Shown here piece after piece: positions 47,205 to 56,873 of a DNA stretch of 64,000 bases. The translations under genes and the position numbers were made by a program. Under the pieces are notes generated by a model, which was not told where the DNA came from, searched no databases, and saw nothing but the letters and a program-made list of their open reading frames with translations. Each line of letters begins with the position of its first letter. Positions within the stretch are counted from its first letter, which is position 1. The DNA lies in the sequence record LC667451.1; one strand, 5' to 3'.

Positions 47205-48719
47205 TTACAGTTTCCAATCACCACTGAAACCTTGCGTCCCGTGGAACGAACCGCTCGGATCGACGTTGTTCGGGCTCAATGCCGCCGTGAAGAGGCTATC
47301 GAAGTCCGATGCGAGTTGCAGCGAGCGCTGGTCGTTGTTGGTCACGACCGGCACCAGCAACGCATCGCAAAAGCTCGGCAACACGAAGGTCTCGAATTCA
47401 CCACCATTCATCGAGACTTCGATGATCGATTCGCCGAGCAAGTCGATCTGCAGATTGAACAGATAGTCGATCTGGTTGTCGAACGACAGGTCGTTGAGCA
47501 CCTCGTGGACCACCCGCCACTTAAAGCGCTCGATGAACTGCGTCATGTCGATCGTCGTGCCTGCCATCGCCGGGAAGTCCAGCATCTGCGAGACGACTAC
47601 CTCGCCTTGCCGGAACTCATTGCGATTGGACATGTGCACGATGATCTTCGCGATCGCATTGTCCACCATGATCGCCGGGATCGAGTGACCCAGGATCGTT
47701 GCCACCTGCGTGTACTGGTTCGACGCTTGCCAACCCACTTCCGTCGACTGGTTGTGGAAGAAGCCCGAATGGCCGTACGGGTTCATCGCCGATGCTTGAC
47801 CTTGCATGGTCAGGATGGCGATGTCGTCGTCCAGCGCATGCGGATCGAGACGCGTCAAATCGCGCAGCGTGAATACGTTGCCTTGTGAGCCACGCAGTCG
47901 ATTCATCGCTGCCATGAACGCATCTTGCGAGACCGATTGTTCGGCTGCCGTACCTCGTGCCTGACTGAGGATTTGATCCTCGGACTGACCCATGGCGTCG
48001 ATCTTCATCGCCGTCTTGTAGTTCTCGAACAAGCTCGCGGCGTACGCGGTGGTATTGGCATTGGCTCGCCACGATTTCTGCGGCATGCCCGTGATGAGCG
48101 TGCGCGTGTCGTTCATGTCGAGATTCTGCTGACCCAGGCCGATGCGTGTCATCGTCGAGTATACGTCTGCCGGACGCATGCGGTACTCTTTCTCGGGCTG
48201 GTGAATGCCGTCGAAGTGGTTGTCCACGATGATGTGCGCATTGTCCGCCACGTTGTAATACTCGCGATTGCCCACGCCGGTGCGCGCCACGAGTCGGCGC
48301 AGGCTCATCGTCGAATTCACGTAAAAGCCCATGTCCGGGTCGACGGTGCCTTGCAGGCTCGGATCGAAGTACTCCGAGTAGCCGGTGATGATCTGCGTGA
48401 TTTCGACACCTGCCGGTCCGATATGGTCAAGCAACAGCATGAAGCGCAAACGACGTGTGCCCCAGCCGTGTGCAATGCCGACTTCCTTCTCGTACGTGGC
48501 GCTCGGCAAGATGAAACGGTTGGCGATCCCTGCCAGGTTCGCAGCCGTCACACTTTGCGCGGGGTCGATGCGCTCGTGCACCATCATCTCGACATCGGGT
48601 GTCACGACCGTTTCGTACGGTCGACGATATTGCGGTGCGTTACCGTTCGTTTCGATCATGACGAGTTGGCGAACCCGGAACTTGTCGCCCATCCCGACAC
48701 CATTGAAGTTGTGCTGCAT
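47205..48719 (-). CDS. nvRNAP promoter-specificity (sigma-like) subunit (gp68-like)
   Basis: LVMIET...PQYRRPY, I.HGW..RRLRFML; 504 aa; synteny. Confidence 0.78.
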   Translation of the reverse strand: MQHNFNGVGMGDKFRVRQLVMIETNGNAPQYRRPYETVVTPDVEMMVHERIDPAQSVTAANLAGIANRFILPSATYEKEVGIAHGWGTRRLRFMLLLDHIGPAGVEITQIITGYSEYFDPSLQGTVDPDMGFYVNSTMSLRRLVARTGVGNREYYNVADNAHIIVDNHFDGIHQPEKEYRMRPADVYSTMTRIGLGQQNLDMNDTRTLITGMPQKSWRANANTTAYAASLFENYKTAMKIDAMGQSEDQILSQARGTAAEQSVSQDAFMAAMNRLRGSQGNVFTLRDLTRLDPHALDDDIAILTMQGQASAMNPYGHSGFFHNQSTEVGWQASNQYTQVATILGHSIPAIMVDNAIAKIIVHMSNRNEFRQGEVVVSQMLDFPAMAGTTIDMTQFIERFKWRVVHEVLNDLSFDNQIDYLFNLQIDLLGESIIEVSMNGGEFETFVLPSFCDALLVPVVTNNDQRSLQLASDFDSLFTAALSPNNVDPSGSFHGTQGFSGDWKL

Positions 48720-48743
48720 CTTAACGCTCCTTGTTTCGTTTGC

Positions 48744-50318
48744 TTAAACAGCTGCTTGATTACGTGCCACAGCGATCGCCAGATCCGCCATCTTTACCCG
48801 GATGTCGTACGGCACCGGATAGCGACGATCGTTGTTGCGGAGGAATTTATCCTCTCCTTCCAGAGGTGTGAGCCATTTTTGTGGCACCGTCACGCGCCAC
48901 TCGTGCTCACGGAACTGCTTGGTGACCGTGTCGATACTGATGACGGCCACGTTCTTTTCCTTCTGTGACTTCTGCTTGCCCGCCTGCCGACGCGAGTGCG
49001 GATACAGTTCCTCCAACTGTGCCAGCCGGTCAGCCGGAATACGCGACTGCGGAATCACCCCCGTCAGCTGCAATTCCTGCGAGTTGTTCTGTGCGACGGC
49101 CGTCATCAGTGCTGCCAGCACATAGTGCTTCTGATGCCAGAGAATCGCCTGTGCCACACCCATCGCTTCGAGCACCGTCTTCTTCGACAGATACGGGAAG
49201 CTACGCGGGCTGACTGCGGTGGCCAGAGTCCATTGCACCAGGGTCAACTGCGGTTCCCAGATGTGTTCGGTATTCAGCTGTCGCACCGAATCCAACGACT
49301 CGTCCAACAGCTTCAGGTTATCCGCAATCGACGGGTCTACGCGCAACGCCAGCTTTCGCGTGTCGCTGATGTAGTGCTCGACGATGGCGATGTCACCCGC
49401 CGGGATTTCCTGCTTGACCTTGTAGCCTTCGAGCTTGGACAGGTTGTTTTCGCTGTCGCCGCTTTGGGACTCCGGGATCTTGGGCTTGACCATGCCCATG
49501 AAACTGTTGTCATGACCCTTGACTTTCTGGCCGATGTAGCGATAGATGAACGCCACCAGACTGAAGTCCGGATCAGTTCCGCTGATGTCGCCGATGGTCA
49601 GACGACGGATCACCACGAGTGCCAGCACCCAGGTCGAGAAGTCTTCGGTGGACAGGCCATCGAGAATCGCCGAGTCGAATTCCTTCGCTTGCGGCAGGGA
49701 GAGTTCCACCCAGCGACGCAGCCGTTCCATCGGCGGGCACTTGCCTTCCTCGAAGATGTACGATTGCGCCAGCAATTCGAACGCTTTGTACTCCTTCCAG
49801 TTTGTGCCGTGTTCCTTTTCCGTACGGAACACATACTCGCCCCAGACCAACAACATCGGACGCAGTACGATCGAGAGAACCACAAGTTGCTTGTAGTCTT
49901 CGCGCAGATACGTCCGATCTCGCGTGCCGATTGCCGCGTGGGATTCGGTAAACTGGTCCTTCAGATCCGCAGGCAGCTTGATGTCCGACTGGAAATCCAT
50001 CCAGTGACGAACATCGTCCAGCGGATGCATCGCTTCGAGTTCCGCCACCAGCGGCAGCAACGCGCGCGCGAGGTCCTCGGTCTCCCACACTTCGTCGAAG
50101 GTCACGTGAATACGACGATAGACCTCGAAGATGGCATCCTGTTGTTCGGGAGTGCGCTTATCCCAGAAACCATTGATCTGGTGGAAGATGTCCAGACCCG
50201 GTGCGATCGAGGCTTTGTCGATCAGCTTGATATTCCACTTGAGCTCAAGGCCCTTGTGTTGGATGATGGCGACGGTTTGATCCGCCAGGTGTCCTTCGCG
50301 ATCGGTTATGACCTTCAT
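48744..50318 (-). CDS. Conserved chimallivirus core protein (gp67-like; possible import specificity factor)
   Basis: 524 aa; synteny; early promoter motif directly upstream. Confidence 0.6.
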   Translation of the reverse strand: MKVITDREGHLADQTVAIIQHKGLELKWNIKLIDKASIAPGLDIFHQINGFWDKRTPEQQDAIFEVYRRIHVTFDEVWETEDLARALLPLVAELEAMHPLDDVRHWMDFQSDIKLPADLKDQFTESHAAIGTRDRTYLREDYKQLVVLSIVLRPMLLVWGEYVFRTEKEHGTNWKEYKAFELLAQSYIFEEGKCPPMERLRRWVELSLPQAKEFDSAILDGLSTEDFSTWVLALVVIRRLTIGDISGTDPDFSLVAFIYRYIGQKVKGHDNSFMGMVKPKIPESQSGDSENNLSKLEGYKVKQEIPAGDIAIVEHYISDTRKLALRVDPSIADNLKLLDESLDSVRQLNTEHIWEPQLTLVQWTLATAVSPRSFPYLSKKTVLEAMGVAQAILWHQKHYVLAALMTAVAQNNSQELQLTGVIPQSRIPADRLAQLEELYPHSRRQAGKQKSQKEKNVAVISIDTVTKQFREHEWRVTVPQKWLTPLEGEDKFLRNNDRRYPVPYDIRVKMADLAIAVARNQAAV

Positions 50319-50366
50319 TGTAATCTCTCTGTAGTAAGAGTTTGAACGACCATTCTAATCCTGCTC

Positions 50367-50390
50367 ATGTTAGTAATATAGGTTTTCAGC
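50367..50390 (-). promoter_or_regulatory. Early promoter for the gp67-gp68-picA-like operon
   Basis: Minus strand GAAAACCTATATTACTAACAT. Confidence 0.7.
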
Positions 50391-50524
50391 AGGTTTGAAT
50401 CCACGGGGGATTCCGGGTATTCTAATCGAGGATGAAGGAGCACCCTCTCAGACCAGGCCTACCCAAGCCCAGTCTGAGAGGTGTGTCCTATGTGCTAACT
50501 TGTGCTACGTGCGCGAGGCCGTTC

Positions 50525-51271
50525 TTAGAACGGGAGATCCTCGCTGCCGTCGTCGACGCTGGCGCGACGATCGTTGTACGAACTGCCACCACCGGAACCA
50601 CCACCACCGCCGCGGTTATAGCCACCACCACCGCCTTGGCCGCCGCGGTTGTAACCGCCGCCACCACCGCCGTCACGCGGCTTTTCTTCCGGCTCGACCC
50701 AGTGCGAGACTTGCATGTTGCCGAGCATTTCGGTGAGCAGCGTGAAATACGCATTCGCTGCGACGACCGACGCTTCTGCTGCCGAGTACGTTTCGCCCGT
50801 ACCGTGCTTGAGCATGTGGAAGTCCGACAGCTGGAAGTTGAACTTGATGCGCGGGCGATCCTTCGCCATCACGCCCATCCACACCACGCCTTCCTTGTCC
50901 TTGCCGACGAACAATTCGGACTGCACCACCGGCTTGTCGCTGCGCTTGCCGCCGGGGAAGATGAAGTTCTTGTTCTCGATCGAGTTCTTGAACTCGTCCT
51001 TGCCGTCGGTACCCGGCACGAATGCGATCGCCTTGGCCAGCAGGTTCAGGAACGCGAAGAACGCAGGCGTGTCCATGTTCGCGCTGATCTTACCGTAGTT
51101 CGTGTCACGGTCGCTTTCGACGTTCGTATACACGGTGATACGCGGGTTGTTGGAGAACAGACCCCATTGCAGCGACGCGTACTTGCCGTCCTGGTTCTTC
51201 GCCGACATGTTCAACTTCTTGTTGTCGAGAGGGGTCTTCTTTCGCGGTTGCGGTTTGAAATCGCCTGCCAT
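50525..51271 (-). CDS. Putative single-stranded DNA-binding protein
   Basis: Beta-rich core, Gly-rich YNRGG linker and acidic terminal DDGSEDLPF typical of SSB C-tails. Confidence 0.6.
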   Translation of the reverse strand: MAGDFKPQPRKKTPLDNKKLNMSAKNQDGKYASLQWGLFSNNPRITVYTNVESDRDTNYGKISANMDTPAFFAFLNLLAKAIAFVPGTDGKDEFKNSIENKNFIFPGGKRSDKPVVQSELFVGKDKEGVVWMGVMAKDRPRIKFNFQLSDFHMLKHGTGETYSAAEASVVAANAYFTLLTEMLGNMQVSHWVEPEEKPRDGGGGGGYNRGGQGGGGGYNRGGGGGSGGGSSYNDRRASVDDGSEDLPF

Positions 51272-51330
51272 GATGCTTGCTTCCTGTGGTTTGTTTTATG
51301 GTACTCAGACCATAGGCTGGGTGAATAAAT

Positions 51331-52179
51331 TTAGACGAGAATTTCCTCGAGGAGTTTCTTGATCTCGGGGTCCTTCAGGTAACCGATGTTTTGCCGGATC
51401 TTATCCGTCGTGGTCACTTGCGTCCAGTTGTACTTCTGGGCCAACTCGATCACCGCCTTTTTAATCCTGATGTTCATCGGGAAAAAGGTACGTGCATCCC
51501 CAAACACCTGGAGAAAGTCTTCACGAAACGGAATCATCGAGAGTTCCCGTCCGCCCTGATACTTGGTGTACCACTGCGAACGCTTCTTGATGGCCCCGGT
51601 GTTGGACTCCACCAGATCGAGGCTCGGGAAGGCCTTGTAAGACAGCAGATCGTAGGCAAAATGCGTGAAGATCAGCGTCTTGGCTTGCTGCTGCGGGAAC
51701 AACTTCAGGGCGAATACCCGGACGTCTTCCCCGCCTTGCTGCTCCAGACTCTTGAGCAGCGACTGGAGTGTCTGGCGCTTAAGCTCCATGTACTCCATCT
51801 GCTTATCCGTTCGCTCGCCCCGTAGCTTCGCATGCGGATACTTCTGTTGCATGTTGGCGTAGTTGCTCACGTAGAAGACGACTTTACAGCGGTCGTGAGT
51901 AATTTCTTTCACGATCCGTTTGATCTGCTCCATCTCATCGCGGATAGCTTCGTCGATCTGTAGCGGTGTGACACCTCCTGCGGCTTCTTTGTGGAGCGCC
52001 CCCATGAAGTTACGAAACAGGGTACGCAGATTAACCCAAAATTCACCGTAGTCCAGCAACGGCGCTTTCCTGATTGGAATCTCGGGATGAATCCCGGTCG
52101 CGCCTTCCAGCGCGAGCGAAGTTGCAACGGACAGCGGATACTGGCCTACCTCACGCTCGGCGATTGCTTGGCTATACAT
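51331..52179 (-). CDS. Conserved protein, possibly 5'-3' exonuclease/RNase H-like
   Basis: WVNLRTLFRN, LIFTHFAYDLL, ESNTG, LQVFGD; next to the SbcD-like gene. Confidence 0.5.
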   Translation of the reverse strand: MYSQAIAEREVGQYPLSVATSLALEGATGIHPEIPIRKAPLLDYGEFWVNLRTLFRNFMGALHKEAAGGVTPLQIDEAIRDEMEQIKRIVKEITHDRCKVVFYVSNYANMQQKYPHAKLRGERTDKQMEYMELKRQTLQSLLKSLEQQGGEDVRVFALKLFPQQQAKTLIFTHFAYDLLSYKAFPSLDLVESNTGAIKKRSQWYTKYQGGRELSMIPFREDFLQVFGDARTFFPMNIRIKKAVIELAQKYNWTQVTTTDKIRQNIGYLKDPEIKKLLEEILV

Positions 52180-52218
52180 GGCCCCTCCAAAAAGATAGTA
52201 TTTAACCGGTCTCTAGGA

Positions 52219-52230
52219 GTGATATATCAC
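52219..52230. promoter_or_regulatory. Palindromic early-promoter-like site
   Basis: Perfect palindrome GTGATATATCAC upstream of 51331-52179. Confidence 0.45.
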
Positions 52231-52239
52231 CGAGATCCG

Positions 52240-53367
52240 TTAGAGCACCTCAGGCATGATCTCCTGTGCCATGGCCAGGATGTCGCTCGACGCGCCTGAG
52301 TTGATAAGACGGTCCGTGAGTAACGACGTCACGTTGTCCCGCGTGATAGTAATCGGGATATACGAAATCTCATCATCCACCATCGTTTCCGCAGCTTCAG
52401 TTTCTCCATCGTCAATCGGCTTCTTATCCCACGTAAACCACGGCCATTTGCGAATCAACAGATCCATGTTCGAGAAGATCGGATTGTCATACGTGGCTTG
52501 CACCCGTACGAACGAATCTTCGGGCAGGCCTTCGACCTGCTTGGCGATCTCCGCCAACGTATCTTCCACCGTCATCGTTTCACACTTCACGGTCACAAAG
52601 CGCAGTGCGGCTTCGTTTTCCACAAACACCACATCGGATTCGGCCCCGCGCCGATAGGCGCGGACATGCCCCTTCGGACCTTCCTCGCCATGGGACAGTC
52701 GGTCAAACGAACCCTGCGCGATAATACGATCGTAGCGCGAGTGGATATGGACGTGACCAATGAAGATCAAATGCTTAACAATCTTCAGGTACTCTTCCGA
52801 ACTATGCTTCTGGGCTTTCACCACAGGGGGCAGTTGATACTCGAACTGGCCGTGCATGAATGCGTAATCGACTTGTGTGAGCCCTTTGGCTCGTAACAGG
52901 TCGTGAACTTGGCTGAGTGTGGTTTCGGTGGAATTCGTCCACTCATCGGGCACGAAGAGACACCACATATCGTGGCGCTCTTCGTACTCGATGGATAGAC
53001 TTTTCACGTATTTGAGATCGGCGCCAATGCCTGTTACTTGATTCAGTGACTGAAAGATCTTCGACTGTTTCCAGTCGTGAGATGGAGTGCCCTCAAGGAC
53101 GCGCAGCAGAATGTCGTGCTTCTTGCACAACCTCAGCATGTACGTCACCCACACTTTAATTTCAGTCACTACATCATCGGGTAAAGCCAGGTGTGTATCA
53201 AACACATCCCCAGCCAACACGATCATGTCTAGCTCGGCGGTCTCGGCGTTATCCGGAAAAGCAGCACGGAGGTTCTTGATGATACGCTCCGTGGGATTGC
53301 GCGCGTGACCTAAATGAATATCGCTTACGACTGCGATCTTGAGGTTAGAGGAGTTCCCAGTCGTCAT
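52240..53367 (-). CDS. SbcD/Mre11-like metallophosphoesterase nuclease
   Basis: SDIHLG, AGDVFD, GTPSHD, MHGQF, GHVH motifs. Confidence 0.88.
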   Translation of the reverse strand: MTTGNSSNLKIAVVSDIHLGHARNPTERIIKNLRAAFPDNAETAELDMIVLAGDVFDTHLALPDDVVTEIKVWVTYMLRLCKKHDILLRVLEGTPSHDWKQSKIFQSLNQVTGIGADLKYVKSLSIEYEERHDMWCLFVPDEWTNSTETTLSQVHDLLRAKGLTQVDYAFMHGQFEYQLPPVVKAQKHSSEEYLKIVKHLIFIGHVHIHSRYDRIIAQGSFDRLSHGEEGPKGHVRAYRRGAESDVVFVENEAALRFVTVKCETMTVEDTLAEIAKQVEGLPEDSFVRVQATYDNPIFSNMDLLIRKWPWFTWDKKPIDDGETEAAETMVDDEISYIPITITRDNVTSLLTDRLINSGASSDILAMAQEIMPEVL

Positions 53368-53995
53368 TGCTTGCCACTTGAGGGGTAGTTGTGCTCAGAG
53401 CATTGGGCTCGGGAGTAACTTCTTCCGTCTCGTAGAGTGGTTTCAAACCATAACGCTTAAAGATGGCATTCCAGCGATCGATGTTGACTTTCACCGACGG
53501 TGGGATATTCCCCATAAGCATAGCGCGTTGGCGCAGATGCGAGGCCAGGTACATGCTGCCATCACGGGGAGACACACGGCTCTTTAGTTCCGCGTTCCGA
53601 ATCACGTTCAGGATATTGCCGCCGGGAAGCTTGCTGCGTTCCTTAAGCAAAGCACGAATGCCTGCCCGGTCGAATCGAGGCGGCACAGTAAAGAGCACCT
53701 CGCCTTTCGTGTTGATCACGTCCACTTCGCGGTAGTCATTGCCCGCGAAGGCCGACCACATCCCGAAGCTCAATTCCGGGTAGAATTTGTTTTGTCCTTC
53801 GTGGAAGAACGGGAGCCAAAGACCCACGAAAATGCGTTCCGGCATACGCTTGCGATCCGAAACCGCAACGCTGTCCAACGACTCACGAATGGCATGGATT
53901 TCCTCCTTCATCCGGGACTCGCCCGAGATGGTATCCAGATTACGGGTCATCCAATCAGCATGTGACTGGATCATCCTCTGCTTCGGTTCGCTCAT
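53345..53995 (-). CDS. Conserved chimallivirus protein
   Basis: 216 aa; overlaps neighbours; core block. Confidence 0.6.
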   Translation of the reverse strand: MSEPKQRMIQSHADWMTRNLDTISGESRMKEEIHAIRESLDSVAVSDRKRMPERIFVGLWLPFFHEGQNKFYPELSFGMWSAFAGNDYREVDVINTKGEVLFTVPPRFDRAGIRALLKERSKLPGGNILNVIRNAELKSRVSPRDGSMYLASHLRQRAMLMGNIPPSVKVNIDRWNAIFKRYGLKPLYETEEVTPEPNALSTTTPQVASNDDWELL

Positions 53996-54429
53996 GAGAC
54001 TCCCTGCGAATTACTGGGCAGTACCCCATTGTTGATGATGCCCATCACGCGCTTAAAGGTGGAGTTGTTGACCTCGACTTGCGAGCCCAGGGAATACTCT
54101 TGTCCACCGTCGTTGATGGCCGCCATGATGGTGAGTGTCACAGCATTGGTTGGATTGACCGTTGGATCGTCATTCGCCGAGACTTCGACCACGGCAGTAT
54201 CGAAGTAGCGCGAGAAGTACGACTCGAGCATGGCGCGTAACTGAATGCACAGCTGAGGGATGTTGCTCCCGTACTGTTGCAGGATATTTTGCAGGTTGGT
54301 CACACTACCCTTGTAGAGATAGGTCTGGATCTTGTCGGACTCGAAGAAATATGACAACAACAAATCCAGCTTCTCAGGCACGGTCGTGAGCCAGCCACGG
54401 TCGCTGATACTTGGAACCACAGCACCCAT
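53992..54429 (-). CDS. Conserved chimallivirus protein (possibly gp25-like fold)
   Basis: 145 aa; core block. Confidence 0.55.
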   Translation of the reverse strand: MGAVVPSISDRGWLTTVPEKLDLLLSYFFESDKIQTYLYKGSVTNLQNILQQYGSNIPQLCIQLRAMLESYFSRYFDTAVVEVSANDDPTVNPTNAVTLTIMAAINDGGQEYSLGSQVEVNNSTFKRVMGIINNGVLPSNSQGVS

Positions 54430-54506
54430 GATTTCTCTTTTGGCAGTTGATTATTGACATACAATCAAACAGACAAAAGAAAAAAAGAAAGCACGGGGGA
54501 TAAAAA

Positions 54507-54537
54507 CCCCCTCAACCTCCCGAAGGAAGCTGAGGGG
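54507..54537 (-). terminator. Hairpin
   Basis: Imperfect CCCCTCA..TCC-CGAA-GGA..TGAGGGG; U-tract on the minus strand. Confidence 0.55.
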
Positions 54538-54544
54538 CAAAGCA

Positions 54545-55207
54545 CTACAGCTTGTTGGCGTAAACCGACATCGGATCTTCGCCACCCGTCTCGAGACCAT
54601 CGGCAATCAACGCTGCCATGTTGTCCCAGTTCCTCATCATCATGTTTTGCTCCTGGACGAAGAGGGGGCGATCATCATCAACCATATCGGTGAAGTGGAA
54701 CTCGACGTGGAAGTCACCTTCCTCGTGTTCGTTGCCTTCCTCATCCTTGTACTTCACGATAGGCGTCTGAATCATCCCTTCGGTGACCAGCTGATAGTCG
54801 TAATGCGTCCAGCCAATCTTGCCTGGATACATGTCGACATACGTGTCACTATAACCATCAGTGCGCTGGTCGATATACAACTGTCTCGCCACGGGATTCG
54901 CCACGAGGAGCCGTTGCATCGACAGAGGCGCCTGTTGAAAGCTCGCCATCTCCCAAATGCTCTTGATCTCGTCACGTTGCCACATGTGCGAAATGGTCCG
55001 CACGGCCGCCTTCGCCCGCTGAAATGCTTCGGACGAACCGAAGCGTTCCCACGCACTACGCGCCGTTTCCATGAATCCGCCTACCATGCTGCCCAGTCCG
55101 CCGCCAACATTTTCGAACTGGTTCTGCAGGTAGCTCATGGTACCGGGATGCGGCTCATGGTAGATGAGGGCATCGAAGGTTTCCGCACCACCCGTAATGA
55201 CTCTCAC
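54545..55207 (-). CDS. Conserved chimallivirus core protein downstream of beta'
   Basis: 220 aa; GAGG RBS; synteny. Confidence 0.65.
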   Translation of the reverse strand: MRVITGGAETFDALIYHEPHPGTMSYLQNQFENVGGGLGSMVGGFMETARSAWERFGSSEAFQRAKAAVRTISHMWQRDEIKSIWEMASFQQAPLSMQRLLVANPVARQLYIDQRTDGYSDTYVDMYPGKIGWTHYDYQLVTEGMIQTPIVKYKDEEGNEHEEGDFHVEFHFTDMVDDDRPLFVQEQNMMMRNWDNMAALIADGLETGGEDPMSVYANKL

Positions 55208-55221
55208 TTTTCCCTCCTCTA

Positions 55222-56709
55222 TTACGCGGGTTCGGCCAAGGCCATCATGCGTTGTAGCTTAACCTGATCGAACTCCAGATCCGTATCGTGGACGAAGTTC
55301 GCCGTGGTGGCAATCACCGGCTTGGGTTGTGCCAGATTGCTCGACACCTTACGCGGCGAGTCCAGACCGAATGCGCTCATGAAGGGCGCGAGACCACGCA
55401 ATTCCTGCGTCGTGTGCGTATCCAAGCATGGCGTGAAATTCAACTGATCGCCATCGAAGTCAGCGTTCAAGCCCTTGACGTCCAGAATACTGATGGACAC
55501 CGTCGGGATCTCGACAACCGTCTTCACCTTGGTAATGTACACAAGCTGCGCCGAACCACGCTCGAGTGACGGATTCCGCTGCATGATCGTCGGAATACCC
55601 TTAACGCCATTGCTGGTGCTAAGCGGACTCTCGACAATCAATTCCTGGAATAACTGATCCAACAACTCGTTGTAGATCGATGCGTGCTTGTTCAGGAACG
55701 CGATTCCCTCGTTTGGCGTAAAGCCGCGCCGCATCAACTTATTCATCAAGTGGATACGGAACACCGACAGGCCAATACCCCACGGGATGTGGATTTCCTC
55801 GTTATCGTGGGCATCCGTCAACGACGAGATCACCGCACGGAACGAGAAATGTGAACGAGATCCGAACACGTGCTTGCGGAAGATACCTTGCTTCTTCGCC
55901 AGCGTCGTCTTGTACAGCCCCTCGTAGAACTCCGCGAGTTGGCTGATGGTTTTCACCGTCCGGTTCTCTTTCACCCGCACCGTATGCGAGGTCAGAGAGG
56001 AATCAATACCCGCCATCATGCGAATCGCATCCACCGCACCGGTGATAATGGGGTCCACATACGTGCCGACGTTACTCTCTTCGATGACGAGGAGGGCCCG
56101 GTTCGGCAAGGGCAGGTATTCGCTGAACACACAGTCGCGCTGCTGGTTGATCGCCGCCATCAACTCCAAATGCTCGGCGCTCTTGCGATACTCCTTCAGA
56201 TCCATGAGCATGGCCATGATCTGGTCGAACTTTTCCACGAAGTTATTCAGACCTCGTGGGCAGTTCATTTCCTCGAGTCGATACACGACCTGAGGCTTAC
56301 GCACCGGCGGTGCATAATTCGTATCGCAAATCCAGCGGATGATTTCGTAGCCACTGCGCGTGAAACGCTTCTTAAGCATCATCCAGACGATCGGATTGAT
56401 CAGCGCAGCCACTCCTTTTGGCCGTCTGATCCACACAATCGGTTCGAGGTCACGCTCCACATGGGAACGAACCTCAGTGCCACACACACCGCACACAACG
56501 CCGACGTTATATCCGCCGACGATTTCACCACATTCGCACGATGGCAGATTGCTCAGCAAATCGCCCGAATACGTGGTATAGATCAGTCGGTTGAATTCCT
56601 TTCGATCTTGCTCAGACGACTCCGCGATGTCGTTGATGATCTTAGGATCGCGCGTTTGGTGCTGATAAAACAACTCATTGAAATTGATCAAACTGAGTCT
56701 GACGCCCAC
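55222..56709 (-). CDS. Non-virion RNA polymerase beta' catalytic subunit (gp55-56.1-like), uninterrupted
   Basis: NADFDGD active site (55447-55467), CECG...CGVC zinc finger, FRKHVFGSR, QRNPSL. Confidence 0.93.
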   Translation of the reverse strand: MGVRLSLINFNELFYQHQTRDPKIINDIAESSEQDRKEFNRLIYTTYSGDLLSNLPSCECGEIVGGYNVGVVCGVCGTEVRSHVERDLEPIVWIRRPKGVAALINPIVWMMLKKRFTRSGYEIIRWICDTNYAPPVRKPQVVYRLEEMNCPRGLNNFVEKFDQIMAMLMDLKEYRKSAEHLELMAAINQQRDCVFSEYLPLPNRALLVIEESNVGTYVDPIITGAVDAIRMMAGIDSSLTSHTVRVKENRTVKTISQLAEFYEGLYKTTLAKKQGIFRKHVFGSRSHFSFRAVISSLTDAHDNEEIHIPWGIGLSVFRIHLMNKLMRRGFTPNEGIAFLNKHASIYNELLDQLFQELIVESPLSTSNGVKGIPTIMQRNPSLERGSAQLVYITKVKTVVEIPTVSISILDVKGLNADFDGDQLNFTPCLDTHTTQELRGLAPFMSAFGLDSPRKVSSNLAQPKPVIATTANFVHDTDLEFDQVKLQRMMALAEPA

Positions 56710-56788
56710 TCGCTTCTCCTTGTTTCTTGTTCCATGGTGTCGGAATATCGCTTCGAAGTCGATACTCCAATAGATACTGCACCCATGT

Positions 56789-56824
56789 AAAAAGAAAAAA
56801 AGAGGGGACCCGAAGGCCCCCTCT
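56789..56824 (-). terminator. Intrinsic terminator after chimallin
   Basis: AGAGGGGACC-CGAA-GGCCCCCTCT followed by a U-tract on the minus strand. Confidence 0.8.
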
Positions 56825-56873
56825 CGTACCGCACTAAGCGGAGCTTACATCCGTACTACTGACTTCGAGCAGC

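Noticed and set aside
55222-56709. Intron in nvRNAP beta', as in phiKZ gp55-56.1
   Set aside because: Single continuous ORF from the zinc finger to NADFDGD.
982-56824. CRISPR array or tRNA from the repeated hairpins
   Set aside because: The hairpins are dispersed, single-copy and intergenic, with no repeat-spacer periodicity or cloverleaf.
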